This document shows, piece after piece, positions 1-13,061 of a stretch of DNA of 61,254 nucleotides. Origin of the DNA: Octopus sinensis (taxonomy: Eukaryota). The notes under the pieces were generated by a model. That model saw only the letters and a list, made by a program, of their open reading frames with translations, did no database searches and was not told the origin of the DNA. The stretch is taken from positions 1 to 61,254 of the forward strand of contig NW_021832406.1 in assembly GCF_006345805.1 (NCBI RefSeq), read 5' to 3'. Both the position numbers and the translations under genes were made by a program. How positions within the stretch are numbered: the first letter of the stretch is position 1; the number at the start of each line of letters is the position of its first letter.

Positions 1-45
1 CATTGACTGTAAATTGAAGAACACAGCCAGCATTCCTTAAATATT

Positions 46-215
46 GATTTCAAATTTTAGCACAAAGCCAGCTCAGAGAAAGGAGTAAGTCGATAACATT
101 GGCCCCAATGTCCAACTGGTACTTATTTTATCGACCCCGATAGGACGAAAGGCAAAATTAACCTCGGCGAAATTTGAACTCAAAACGTGTTAACTATTCT
201 GTTAGCTCGCCACCG
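46..215 (-). mobile_element. tRNA-derived SINE fragment, family M (Meta/MESC-like central domain)
   Basis: Reverse complement matches the core of the 52503-53895 units (GAGTTCAAATT..GCCGAGGT..CTTTGCCTTTC.TCCT.TCGGGGTCGATAAAATAAGTACCAG). Confidence 0.75.
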
Positions 216-300
216 CATATGTTTTTAACATATTACCTGCCTAACACCCTACATACATCCTTCTATAACCCTCCTTCGCTCATTTCACTGGGGCCATAAC

Positions 301-347
<47 letters not shown>

Positions 348-654
348 TATATATCCATACATACAAGGGAATTAGAAAATTTATCTGTACTCTCGCTTAC
401 CATTTTAGTTTAGCTTGGCTGGCACTGCCTTCAACGCTCACGTACTAAAGGGTGGTACTCCTTCATCTCTCCAGTTTCCTTTCTTGTGTTACGGAGTAAA
501 TATTGCTGCTCCTCTGGCAGTGAACCCAGGAAGAACAGAGAACAGTCATTCTACTTCTCTGGTAACAGTGGGTGTTGTGACAAATGCATGAATTAACACA
601 GGAATATTTGTTGTTTTAGTCTTATGATTCTTGAGCGTAATATAAAGTTTATAC

Positions 655-1030
655 AGGCGTTGCTGTATGGTAAGAAGCTTGCTTTCCAACCACATGGTGT
701 TGGGTTCTGCCCCACTGCGTGGCACCGTGGGCAAGCTTCTTCTATAGCTTCGGGCCGACCAAAGCCTTGTAAGTGGATTTGGTAGACGGAACTGAAAGAA
801 GACGTCGTATATATATGTACATAGATATCTACGTGCATCTTTGCGTCTGTATTTTTCTACAACTGGCGTTGGTAGTTTTACGTCCCCGTAACTTATCGGT
901 TCGGCAGAAAAGACCGATAGAATAAGTACCAGGGTTTTTTTTTTAAATATAAAAGGAAATACTGGGATCGATTCATACGACAAGGTGGAGCCCAGTATGG
1001 TCGTTAGACTGAAACAGATAAACGATAAAA
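655..1030 (+). mobile_element. tRNA-derived SINE, family A
   Basis: tRNA-like head (GGTAAGAAGCTTGCTTTCCAACC...GGGTTCTGCCCC) and body shared with 27840-28336, 45411-45590 and 58005-58460. Confidence 0.85.
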
Positions 1031-1239
1031 GTTAAGAAGTCGGTCTGTGCTGTATTCTATTTTGAGTTGAGAAGTTTGTTCCTCTCAGTTGTGTTTATGA
1101 TGTCAAAGGCGACAGTGATATGTTTATCACGAGGTTATACAGTATGTGGAAATCTTAGTTCGCATGGATATTTTGCTTTGTCTGTGGTGATAAAGGCGAT
1201 CAAATCGACGTTGATTGAAAGGGGTGTCCTGTGTACCAT

Positions 1240-1372
1240 GAGTTAGGTATTGAAGTCATCGCAGAGTAAAGTGAGATGAAGTGTTTGCTTAAGAACACAA
1301 CGCACCACACGGTCTAGGAGTCGGAAGCACGATCTCGTGTACAACATCCTTCCACTAGGCCATGCGTCCTCA
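1240..1372 (-). mobile_element. degenerate tRNA-derived SINE head, family B
   Basis: Reverse complement GAGGACGCATGGCCTAGTGG... resembles the heads at 14394 and 50823. Confidence 0.6.
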
Positions 1373-1373
1373 C

Positions 1374-1409
<36 letters not shown>

Positions 1410-1422
1410 AATATATATATAT

Positions 1423-1735
1423 ATCACCGTGATCACCGTGACCGACCAGGCTATCAGATGTTGTTACACATCGCTGGTTACAATGCGCTTCGCATTGTTT
1501 TAGCCTTGAAATGACGCCAACCCGCTGGCTAAGCGGGCAGGCCAACAGAAGAAAGAGTGAGAGAAAGTTGTGGCGAAAGAGTACAGCAGGGATCGCCACC
1601 ACCCCCTGCCGGAGCCTCGTGGAGTTTTTAGGTGTTTTCGCTCAATAAACACTCACAACGCCCGGTCTGGGAATCGAAACCGCCGATCCTACGACCGCGA
1701 GTCCGCCTGCCCTAACCACTAGGCATTGCGCCTCC
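1423..1735 (-). mobile_element. tRNA-derived SINE, family B, near full length
   Basis: Minus strand has A box TGCCTAGTGG, B box GGTTTCGATTCC and a tail ending GGTCACGGTGATCACGGTGAT at (TA)n. Homologous to 14394, 28925, 50823 and 47688. Confidence 0.85.
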
Positions 1736-1964
1736 ACACACACACACACACACCACACACACACACACCACACCACACACACACACCATATAATATATAT
1801 ATATATAAAGCACACACATTTATATATAGAGAGAGATACATTCACATACACAGACACACATGCACAGACACACAAACGAATATTCACAAGCAGTGACACA
1901 GTAGCCATATTCGAACACATGCCACTAGCATAACAGCTTTAAATTTTGTTGAATATTCCTGTAA

Positions 1965-2075
1965 TGCATATGTATGTATGCTTGAATGTATGTATGTATG
2001 TATGTATGTATGTATGCATACATACATACATACATACATACATACATACATACATACATACATACATACATACAT
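1965..2075. repeat. (TATG)n/(CATA)n inverted microsatellite
   Basis: Direct reading of the sequence. Confidence 0.95.
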
Positions 2076-2618
2076 GCACGCATTCATATGATTACATGTA
2101 TGCGCGCGCATCCTAGCAAAATGTCACCTACACGCAGTTCCGATTATCTTTTAATTTTTCAAAATATTTTCGTACTTACTCTTTATTATCATTCAAATTT
2201 CTCGGTACAGTCTGTTTACATGATTATTGACGATTTAGGTCAATATGCTCAATAACGTTCCAGTAACGTGAAATGGAAACAGATGCATATAACAACTACA
2301 ACACAAACAACAACAACCTCTGTAACAAAAAAAAGAACAGCAGACTAATTAGCATTTACTTTTATCTATTTATGTGTGTGTGTGTGTGTGTGTGTGGCCA
2401 TGTATGCATACATATATCTACGTGAGAGAGTGTTTGTGCGTGTGTGTGGGCATGTATGCATACATATATTTACACATACACACTCACATATATTTATATG
2501 TATATATATATAAATGTGTGTGTGTATTGATATCTATCTATCTATCTTCTATCTATCTATCTGTCTATCTTCTAATCTATCTCCCCTCTCTCTGTATGGG
2601 TATATATATATATATAAT

Positions 2619-2673
<55 letters not shown>

Positions 2674-4011
2674 ATATATATTATATATATATATATATGC
2701 ATATGTATGTATGTATATCTATTTCTATAGCAATCGATTCAAATTACATTTAAATAACCCACAATGTATGAGAAGTATTTCACTCATAATTGCACAATTA
2801 CACATAAAGAAGTTTCTATGCAAACGTATCTGCACACACGAGCAGGGCTATATAAACATATACAAGCAAACACATACACATACTTACACGCGCATAAATA
2901 CACATAAAACCATATATATATATACATATATTCGTGTAAAATAATGTGCTGCATATTGTTTCATAAATTGAACATCTGTCTATTCCTGTCTATTGATAGA
3001 AATATGCATTGTGGCGAGGCGTTTTTAATTGATCCTATAAGTGTATGTATACATGCATGTGGCTATACATGTATGTATGCATGAATATATATGCATGTAT
3101 GCATGAATATGTATGTATGTATGTAGGCTGGTAGGAATTATACATGCATTATCTATGCATATATATATATATATACTTATTATGCAAAGTTGTACCCAAT
3201 GCTACTGGTATCATGCAACCCAGTACAACCTGTAGGAGGATCAGGTTGAGCGTGACTAAACCGGCACCTCGCTAGGTTAGCCTTGTATGGTTAGAGTTGC
3301 TACTGACCCAGCAAGTCAGAAACAAAAATAAATCCAGCTTAGGGTGAATGCCTAACAAGCAATAGTGTGTGGGATACAGAGATAGGATACAGAGATAGTG
3401 AAAGACCATTTTGGTGGGTGATGAACGACTAGTTCTTGTCACAGAGTTAAGTCAGACTAGATGTCACTAATTTCCAATAATGGAGGGGGTGACCTATCTG
3501 CTTTACCCAACTGGTTTATAGTTGAGGTCAAGAAGATAAATACTAAGTGAGTACATATTAATAAAAAAAAAATCAAAGTTTAGGTGGTCTCCGACAGACA
3601 AAACTTCGGGAATTTTCCGCAGCTGGATTGAGGTACGACTTATCAAGTAATATTCTTTCCTTTGTGTCTCTTTCAGTAGAGGCGCACTACTAATATTGCT
3701 ATAAAGTTCAAATGTACACACCTTCAATGGCAATCATGCACCTTGAATTTTTGCACTGATACTTATTCGGATGTTCTGATGTCATGCGACTCTACGACGT
3801 CGATGAAACACTGCTGTTTCATGTGTGAGGACACATGAAACTCGTGGGGTCGTGATTCTTTAGTCGCTGGTGGGTTTGTGCTCTTTACTGCTTGTACTCT
3901 TTCACATGTATAGTCATCCAAGAATCTACGACTAAAGAAAATGGTCAAAAATACCACAATTGGGCAAGATGGGTTACATGGCACATGCATGTATGAATGT
4001 ATGTATGTATG

Positions 4012-4045
<34 letters not shown>

Positions 4046-4645
4046 TGTATGTATGTATGTATGTATGTATGTATGTATGTGTGTGTATGTATGTAAGCAC
4101 ATACGTAAGTATTTATATAAATGCAACTATGCATATGTGTATGTGTATGCATACATGTAATTATGCGCGTATGTATTCATGTATGTGTTTGTGTATGTAG
4201 GCAGCCATGTATGCATGAGTGTGTATATATGTAAGTGTCGATATGTGGGGTAGGGAGAGAGAAGGGAGGCAATAAGCATCAGTATTAGGTAAGTGGAAAA
4301 GAGATAAGAGGAAAGAGGACGAGGAGTGATGATTTGAAAGAGGATTAAATTGAAGAGAAGGAAAGACAGGAGGAGAGGATTTTACCTCATGTTTTTTCCA
4401 CTTACCTTATACTGATTCATATTGTCTCTCTTCGCTCCTCCACCCCATGCCTAGACCATTCCTTCAGTATTCTGCTTTGTTATAACCAGAAATGACCCTA
4501 ACGAAAGTAGCATTAATCTTTTTTAGGTCGCTCAATTTTTCTCACCCTCTCAATAACGAATCTATAATGAGTTTTGGAAACAGATGTAAGTCAAATTCAC
4601 AACGATAAAGAAAAATATAGAACAACCATTGTTTATAACTTGTCT

Positions 4646-4676
<31 letters not shown>

Positions 4677-4947
4677 AGCTAAATGCGAAACCGGTCTTTC
4701 TTTAAAAATTATGTCATTATAAAGGAAAAAAAATTTGTTTAAAAAATTTTCTAATATTCTTCACATATTGACGCAAATATATATTTTTTTAACATTTAAG
4801 CCTTCTGTCGTTTTTTCACTCTTTCTATTTTTTTATATTCACCCACGTGCTTTCACAAACCACTTTTTTCTTCTATCTATATATATACATATATATATAT
4901 ATATAATATATATATATTATAGATATATATATATATATATGGCATTG

Positions 4948-4994
<47 letters not shown>

Positions 4995-5000
<6 letters not shown>

Positions 5001-5810
5001 TATTAGAGACAACACCACTATTTTTGCAAAACAAACAAGGAAATACTTAATCAATACATAAAATTTTAATAAATAGTCAAAAAAACCGCCACAATAGTTG
5101 AACGACAAACACCAATGACAAGGCACGAACTTGCGACTTTTTCAGTTGCGAACGCTTACATTTCATCTCTTTACCGGTGTGTGTGTGTGTGTTGTGTTTG
5201 TGTGTGTGTATGTGTGTGTGGGTGTGTTGTATATACTCTCTCTCTCTATATATATATACATATATATAATAGCACAAATTTAAATTGCAAACAAACCATA
5301 TAACAAAAGAGATTTTCTAACAGAGGAACGAGAAATATACAAATTTCAAGAAGTGAATATCATTGATAAGAAAGCGGGAAGGCTGAGAGTTACAGGAGTT
5401 TCAACTGACGTCTCTTATCTACCCCACATTGTCTATACCCAGAACTTGACACCTGATTTGTTTTATCTACCCCAAACTCAAAGAAAGCCAAAGGATCGAA
5501 ACAGAATTTGGATTTAGAATCTAAGAAAAGAAAGAACTCCGTCTGAAACGTGTTAAGTGGATTTATTTGGCCGTCCGCAATGATAATCAAACAAACTGTG
5601 AAATAGTATTACTATTAGGGGAGGGGGGACTGGGGGGCGGGGTCAGTTATTAAAGGATACCAACACAAAAGATTGTCGGAGTTTAGTCGATTATTTCGAC
5701 CCAAAGTAGTGGCGTTTTTTTGACTATTTATAAAATTTTATGTATTGATTAAGTATTTCCTTGTTTGTTTTGTCAAAATAGTGGTTTGTCTCTAATAATA
5801 TTTTATAATA
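4995..5810. repeat. inverted repeat pair with ~100-bp arms (about 4995-5095 and 5705-5805)
   Basis: AAATATTATTAGAGACAA...GGAAATACTTAATCAATACATAAAATTT is the reverse complement of AAATTTTATGTATTGATTAAGTATTTCC...TTGTCTCTAATAATATTT. Confidence 0.85.
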
Positions 5811-5908
5811 TTTTACTATAAAATTGGATTTATCCTAAATCTGATTTTTTCCCTGTAAATTTGGATTTATTCCCTAATATTTATTATTATATATAATATT
5901 ATATATAT

Positions 5909-7113
5909 GTGGCATTGCGATGGGTACCAAGGCTCACCCGTCCTTGCGAACCTCATAATGGGTTACTTCGAATTGTCACTCTGAAATATCAAGCCAGAAA
6001 TTTGGACATGTTTTCCACACCTACCTAATGGAAAACTGGAAAAGTTATTTAGATGATTGTTTCATCATATGGAAAAACCTTATGAAAAACTCCTGGAATT
6101 CAAAACCATACTAAACAACATACATCCCAACATCCAATTCACTATGGAATTAGCAACATCATCTCCCATTCCTTGATCTCCTAATTATAAAAACACCTAA
6201 GAACCAAATCATAACAGACATCTACCACAAACCTACAGACTCACAACAATACCCCTCTTTAGTTCATGCCACACCCAACACACCAAGACAAATATCCCTT
6301 TCATTTAGCTAAAAGGGTATGCACCATTGTCTCGGATCCAAAAACACGAGAAATACGCCTTCAAGACCTCAAAAAAACACTATTACAAACGTCAAATCCC
6401 TCCACCCTTATAGAGTATGGAATAAAACGCGCCAAAGAACTAGACAACACTACACTGAAAACCACCCAACCTAACACCACACACAACCTCAAAATACTTC
6501 CATACATTTCCACCCCAACCCCCAAAATATCGAAGCATACACCACAATCATACAAAACCTCAGTCTACTGTCAACAGACCCAAAAATGAAAAACATTATA
6601 ATACACACAAAATCCTCAAATGCAAAAGGCAACACAATCTTAAAAAAAAACTCTGACAAATGCCAAACTTCACACACCACATCCACCCCCAACAGTAAAA
6701 AATTTGCACGCTCAAACTGTGGTACCTGCCCCTTTCTACTTGAAGGCTCTGAATTTACCTTCAAACAAGGTACGAAGTTTAAAATCAAGACTAACTTCTC
6801 CTGTTCCTCCGAGAACCTTATCTACGTTCTCACATGCGCTGGTTTGCCAACATAATTATGTTGGACAAACGAGTCTCCCGTTACGTAAACGAAACGAGTA
6901 ACGGTGCATAAAGAACAAATAAATCTCCCGGAATACCGACAAATTCCACTGAGTGACCACTTAGACTCATGTGCTAAAGACTTTAACCCAAATTCTTCTA
7001 TATATTCCCCTTCTACCAATGTAAAGACGGGATCACCACACAGGAGAGATTAACAAGGAGAATCTCTTTATTGAAAAATTCCAAACACAACTTAATATGC
7101 AAACTCCTCGTTG
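5909..7113 (+). mobile_element. Penelope-like retroelement, 5'-truncated and frameshifted (RT + GIY-YIG endonuclease)
   Basis: Conceptual translation gives GIAMGT, YLDDCFIIW, PFLD, TDIYHKPTDSQQY, then a CGTC linker, CSSENLIYVLTC..YVGQT (GIY-YIG) and FIEKFQTQLN near the stop. Confidence 0.92.
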
Positions 7114-7321
7114 ATCAAACTTCCTTTCTCTACCTCACTCTTCATGGATGGACTAACACAAATATATAAAGATACCATGCATTCATCACTTCAAGCTAAA
7201 ACTTATATTCTTTAAATATCATTTTTACTATTGTTGTGTTATTACTATCATTTTTATTATAAATGATATGACAATTTGAAATGCAATTGCCTATGCAGAT
7301 TTATTATTTTATTATTTTTTT

Positions 7322-7520
7322 GTCGTTGTTCTGCGGCCATGCTGGAGTACTGCCTTGAAGGGTTGAAGCCAAATAAAGTTTTTGTAAAGCCTGACACTTT
7401 TTCTATCGCTTATATTTGCCGAACCGCTATGTTACGGGCGACGGAAACAAGCCAATACCGGTTGTCAGGTGGTGATGGGGACAAACACAATCTCAAAGAC
7501 ACTCACACACATAAATATTG
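7322..7520 (-). mobile_element. SINE family A, 3' part
   Basis: CTGCGGCCATGCTGGAG...GCCGAACCGCTA.GTTACGGG matches the other family A copies. Confidence 0.7.
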
Positions 7521-7550
7521 TATGTGTGTGTGTGTGTGTGTGTGTGTTTT

Positions 7551-8500
7551 CATACCAGAGTTGGACAAAATAATGGAAACACCTTAACATTTCAAACAAA
7601 TTTATTTTAATATGGGGTAGGACCGCCTTTGGCAGCAATTACAGCTTCAATTTTACGAGTTGTAGACTCGTACAAAGTTTGAATTATTTCCAAAGGAATT
7701 TTTGGCCATTCTTCAGCCAGAACAGTCTCCAGTTCTTGTAGTGATGATAATGGAGGATATCGGCTCCTTACTTGTTTTTCTAAAATGCCCCATAAATGTT
7801 CCATAATATTGAAATCTGGGGACTGTGGTGGCCAAATAAGATGTTCAACTTCACTAGAATGTTCCTTGTGCCATTCAGTAACAACTTTAGCTGTGTGAAA
7901 GATTGCATTTCCATCCGGTAACAATTCCGCAACCATACGATGAATTTGATCAGATAAAATGCCTAAATAGTCTTGACTATTAATTCTGCCATGAAGGGAA
8001 ATCATTGGGCCCGCGGATTACCATGATATACCCCCCCCCCCGCCAGATCATCACATATCCTCCTGCATGTTTAACAGTTGGAGGAGGCAGTCTGGGTAAA
8101 ATGCTTCTTTTGGTTGTCTCCACACATATATTTGGCCAGTGGTCGGAAATAAGATAAAGGATGACTCGTTTGAGAAAATAACATTCTTCCACTGCCCTAG
8201 ATACTAATTCTGTAGGTTTTTACTCCACTCTAAACGCTTTGTAACGTTTGTGTTTGAAAGTAGTGGTTTTCTGATTGCAGCCCTCTCGTGAAATCTGGCT
8301 TTGTGTAGCTCTGAGCGAACAGTTTTTGTGGAAACTGGGTTCTCGATGTGGTCATTAAGCTCTGCAGTAATTTTGGAAGCTGTACTTTTGTGATCCTTTC
8401 TAACAATTCGCTTAAGGCTCCAACGGTCCCTACCTGAAAGTTTTGGTTTTCTTCCGGACATTTGTTTCAACGAGGAGGTTTTTCCCTCTTTCTCAAAGAC
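7551..8500 (-). mobile_element. Tc1-family DNA transposon, one-ended, decayed transposase
   Basis: Minus-strand ORFs give SGRKPKLS..HTH..RKPLLS and WPPQSPDFNIMEHLW..AVIAAKGGPTPY. The QDDNAP motif is deleted and the first catalytic D reads N. TIR-like end CCAGAGTTGGACAAAATAATGGAAACACC at about 7555. Confidence 0.9.
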
Positions 8501-9783
8501 TGAAGACAAACTTGACCACGAAAAGATTTGAATAAAGAATGTAAAGAGCCGAAAAAAATACTGCAAGACATTTTCTAAAGTCACTGGCTTTACTCTAGTA
8601 TCACTCTTATTTTATCATAACGACTCCCGAGATATGGACGGTAGGAACGATTTAAACGTAGAAGGTAAAGGCATTTTGTTTTCGCCTTAATATCATTAGG
8701 CATTTTACCAATATTAAATGAACATAAGTATATTATATAATGTGTGAATGTATATATAGGATTTTGCACATGAGTATGTGAGAAAATAGTAAGTTGGCAG
8801 AATAAATGAAGCGTCGGTAAAAAGAATTAAAAAAAAATATTTGTGTGCTGTATTAACGTTTCTTTTTTATCGATACAATATCAGTATTGCTTGAATCCCA
8901 ATTTTGCTTTCTATGCTGTTTATCGGATTCGAAGACTGCAATTTTACTGTTCAGAACCACGCTTCTTACGCCTTTGAATAACTACTCTGTACGAAATATC
9001 GGAACACATCTCAGGGCAACATAAAGAGCTTTTATTATACAATGATCCAAAGAAAACTTGTAAATGATGAATGTTATGGCTGTGTACTTTTATTTAGTGA
9101 TTGTGAAGCCATCTTAAATAAGAACATTTCTGTTCTCAGTGGGTGAAGATATTTTCATGTAACATATTGATTCATCTAGTATACTCCTTTCACAGAAACT
9201 CACATGCATACATACTTACATAACTACATATATACATCCCTGTACGCATACATACACACGTATGTATATACTTGTATACGTATATATACACATACACTCA
9301 CGTATGTATATATACGTATATACGCCTATACTTTTATTACCTATACTCTTTAAAATGCTGTTGTTTATACAGCTATTTTCCTTACTGAGTTTTGTCTATT
9401 TTCTGTTAGTTTATTTTTATTCGTATTTAGAGGCAGAAAATTAAATCTAATTTCCTTGTGGAAATGTTCCCTTCTTTTTTCATACCGAAATTTTTTCAAC
9501 AACAACAACAACAACAACAGCAGCAGCAGCAAAAACAACAACAACAATAACAACGGAATCGTGAGAAAAACAGCTACAAAAGAAAATCGAAGAAAAAAGT
9601 TGGGGAATTTTTGTTAAAATTCCTTAAATTTCTTGAGAGTCAGTTATCTTTCTCACTCTTTATCACCATCTTCAATTCTGCTATACCGCTCTCTTTCTCT
9701 CTCTCTACATCTATCTGTATCTCTTCTATTTCAATGTTTTTCTTTATCTCGCCTGTCACAATTTTTCATTCTCTCTTTGTTCC

Positions 9784-9846
<63 letters not shown>

Positions 9847-9893
9847 GTCTATCTCTATCTATCTATCTGTCTGTCTGTCTGTCTATCTGTCTA

Positions 9894-9992
<99 letters not shown>
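9784..9992. repeat. (TCTA)n/(TCTG)n microsatellite
   Basis: Direct reading of the sequence. Confidence 0.95.
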
Positions 9993-10014
9993 GCTCTTAT
10001 TACATATAATGTCA

Positions 10015-10860
10015 GTGTCATTTCGAAACCTTTCAATGTGAGTGTTGGACTTCGGCAGAGGTGTGTATCGTCATTTACCCTTTTCAAAATTTTTATGAAT
10101 TGTACTGACATACGCAGCCGTTGTGGAAGTAATATCACAATCGGTGGGTGTGGGATCAGTCGGCTGATATTTGTAGTCGGTATGATACTACTTGGCTAAT
10201 CAGAAGGTGATCTCCAGTATGTACTGAGTAGATTTTCAGCCGAATGCTGCAACGCAGGGATGAGCATTAGTGTTGCGAAGACTGACATGTTGGTCATCTC
10301 AAAAACGTCTTCCCAGGGCACTGTGCATGGTAGTGGAACATCACTGAAGTAAGTGGAGAAGTTTAAGTATCTCGGGGAGGTATTCATGTGTGATGGGAGG
10401 TAGGAGATTGAACTGGATTACAGAACTGGAGGTGCTGGAACAGTAAAGTGTTAGCTCCAGCATTCGATCCTTAGGAGAGGAGAAGTCGGAAAAAAGATCA
10501 TCTCAGTGTTTTCAGTTGAGTTTTCGTAACCATCCTGAGCTGTGGTCAAACATGTTGGGGAATGACCTAAAGTGTATGATCGCGATTACAAGTCACCGAA
10601 ATGGAGTTCCTTTAAAGAACCCTAGAATAACGTTACTCAATAGGGTGGGTAACTCGGAGACCGAGGAGACTCTTCGGGTCAACTTTCCATATTAAGAAAT
10701 CACAGCTCCGGTACAACGTGCATGAGATTATAATGTCACTGGAAATAAAAGCATGATATTCTTGAAGCTGAGTAATCTGCAAGAGATTTAGGGTAAACCA
10801 GGACCGAAATCATTGGGTAATAGCCATAGTCTCAGTTGTATACGCTTGAGAGCCTAGCGG
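10015..10860 (+). mobile_element. RTE-clade LINE (Expander/Rex3-like) reverse transcriptase fragment
   Basis: [25 protein letters not shown]...DLQYVLSRFSAECCNAGMSISVAKT...VEKFKYLG, with stops and frameshifts. Confidence 0.85.
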
Positions 10861-12034
10861 TGAAGTCTAATGTTTCTGATAGGACTCTCTGAAGTACTCT
10901 ACTCCTCTCAGGAGAAGTGGGCGGAGAAGATGGATGAATGGATGGATGGATGAATGTATGAGAACGTATAATGCCAATAGAACTTCCTGTTGAATATAGG
11001 TTAGTTGGAATATAGAATGTCACACATTAATACTTTCTGTTAATTATATCTTAATTGAAACTTGTAATATCACACGCCAATAGCTTCTGATAGATGTGGA
11101 TTGGCTACAATATAGAATACAACACACCATTACTTCCTGTCAAAAGTAGGGCTGAACAATATCGCATCAAACAATAAAGATATTGCATCATTCGTGTCAA
11201 ATGGAATCGACGTTATTTCTTTACAAATTGATTTATCTGTAATAATTGAAATGTCAATGAAAGCAGGCGGCTTTCTGTACTGATTTTAATTGTTGCTGCT
11301 GCTGCTGTTGTAGTCGTTGAAGTTCTTTGGTGCCAAATGATTTCTGAATATACAAACCTATGACCGAAGATATTTGTTTCCCGACCTCCACCTTAATTAG
11401 TTCGCGAGAGTGTATCGAGGTCTGTGCTATAAAATGTATTCATGGTTAGATATAATTTGAAGGTAGTTTGGTTGGCATTTAACGAACAAACAAGTAGAGA
11501 TCTTTTCATCGGTTCTTGTAGATGGGTGTTGTTGATAGCATTGCGAAGAAGAAAGAGGATCATACTGGTTCTTAATCTTACTCGATTTTTAATCTCACAT
11601 GAAAAGATATATCAGCGTCCTTTATCTCATACGTCTGGCGATACCGCTCTGCTGCTGTTTCTATAATCTGATGATATGATAGTGTGGAAGAGGGGCATCA
11701 AAGTGAATCTAACTTTATATCCGATTATTTCCAGATTTCTTCAATTATATTGTAATTTTTCTTTCTTTCATGTCGTGTGTACGATTTTGACATCTCCCAA
11801 ACCTGGAAAATATCAACCAATTTTCTCAGGTTACCATATTTCCGAAGCCTTAACATACCGGCTGCTCAACTCACCTCATACTCTCAATATCTCCCCACCG
11901 AAACACATACATTCACTTACATACACACACGTGAACACATACACGTGCACACATTCGTGCGCACATACTCACACACGTGCACACACACGTGCACACATTC
12001 ACAAACGCACGCACGCACGCACACGCACGCACGC

Positions 12035-12075
<41 letters not shown>

Positions 12076-12371
12076 CAAAAATGAACGAACAAAACTGTAA
12101 AACTAAGGACAGGGCTCCAAAATATCGTCCCTTAAATATTCATAGAAAATATCTTTAAAGGAAACGACAAAAAAAAAAAAAACGACACTAACAAAAACAA
12201 GAAGCCAAAGCAAAGATGGTTGTCTGGTACCTTAAAAGAGTCTTTCTAATTTGATGGTCTGTAGTGGGGTTTAAGGATAATTACCCGCATGGAAGGAGAA
12301 TATTTCTGTGACCAGAGTTTAAAATTGCTTGTATGACTGTGTGTATAACTTATTTCTTGTTATTGTTTATA

Positions 12372-12484
12372 TACAGGGTTGCAGTGAATAAATTGTCGTC
12401 TAAATTACGTAAAATGTAAATAACACTGACATCTCATTTTAACAGATATAGTTACATCTTAAAATACTAAAGAGTAAATTTACA
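12372..12484 (-). mobile_element. terminal fragment of a mariner-like (DD37D/maT-type) transposon
   Basis: Similar to 46793-46925 (CAGGGT..GTGAATAAATTGTCGTCTAAATTA..AATAACACTGACATCTCATTTTAACAGATAT). Confidence 0.75.
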
Positions 12485-12688
12485 TTTCACGGATATTTTC
12501 CCTCATCTTGTTTGTTGTTAACACAACGTTTCGGCTGATATATCCTCCAGCCTTCATCAGGAGTTTTGGGGAAGTTTCGAACCTGGGTTCTAATTCCTAA
12601 GGTATTTTTCGATGTTGTTGTTGTTATTATTAATATTATTATTCGGGTCACTGCCTGGAATCGAACTCGGAATATTGGGGTTAGTAGC
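12479..12688 (-). mobile_element. tRNA-head + hammerhead ribozyme non-autonomous element (HHR-SINE), 5'-truncated copy
   Basis: Collinear with both arms at 60175-60780: B box GAGTTCGATTCC, (AAT/AAC)n linker, ATCGAAAAATACCTTAGGAAT, hammerhead, AACAACAAACAAGATGAGG. Confidence 0.85.
12520..12565 (-). ncRNA. minimal type I hammerhead ribozyme motif
   Basis: Minus strand reads AACTC-CTGATGA-A-GGCTG-GAGGATATAT-CAGCC-GAAAC-GTT-GTGTT. Core intact, one mismatch in helix I. Confidence 0.75.
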
Positions 12689-12698
12689 TTAAGTGATT

Positions 12699-13061
12699 TT
12701 GGTACATTATTTGGTACATTAATTGGTTTAATAAAATATTCTTTTCTATCCTAGGCACAAGGCCCGAAATTTTGGGGGAGGGTCCAGTCGATTAGATCGA
12801 CCCCAGTAAACAACTGATACTTAAATTATCGACCCTGAAAGGATGAAAGGCAAAGTCGACCTCGGCGGAATTTGGCTTTAGAAACAGCACCACTAAAACC
12901 AACTATGGCTGCGATATGATGATAACTCAGGCGATAATTTAAGTGTCAGTTGTTTACTGGGGTCGATCTAATCGACTGGCCCCTCCCCCAAAATTTCGGG
13001 CTTTGTGCCTAGGTTAAAAAAGAATATTTTATAAAACCAATTAATGTACCAAATAATGTAC

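Noticed and set aside
390-1240. Possible minus-strand LINE RT relic (VAFDIIN..NKLL)
   Set aside because: Only one weak motif; it needs a translated search.
3190-3530. Possible RTE LINE 5' UTR (also 14590-14810 on the minus strand) with an HDV-like ribozyme
   Set aside because: Only a vague resemblance; I could not build the nested pseudoknot by eye.
3776-3825. Hammerhead-like CTGATGT..GAAAC
   Set aside because: Core A9 is missing and there is no helix I pairing.
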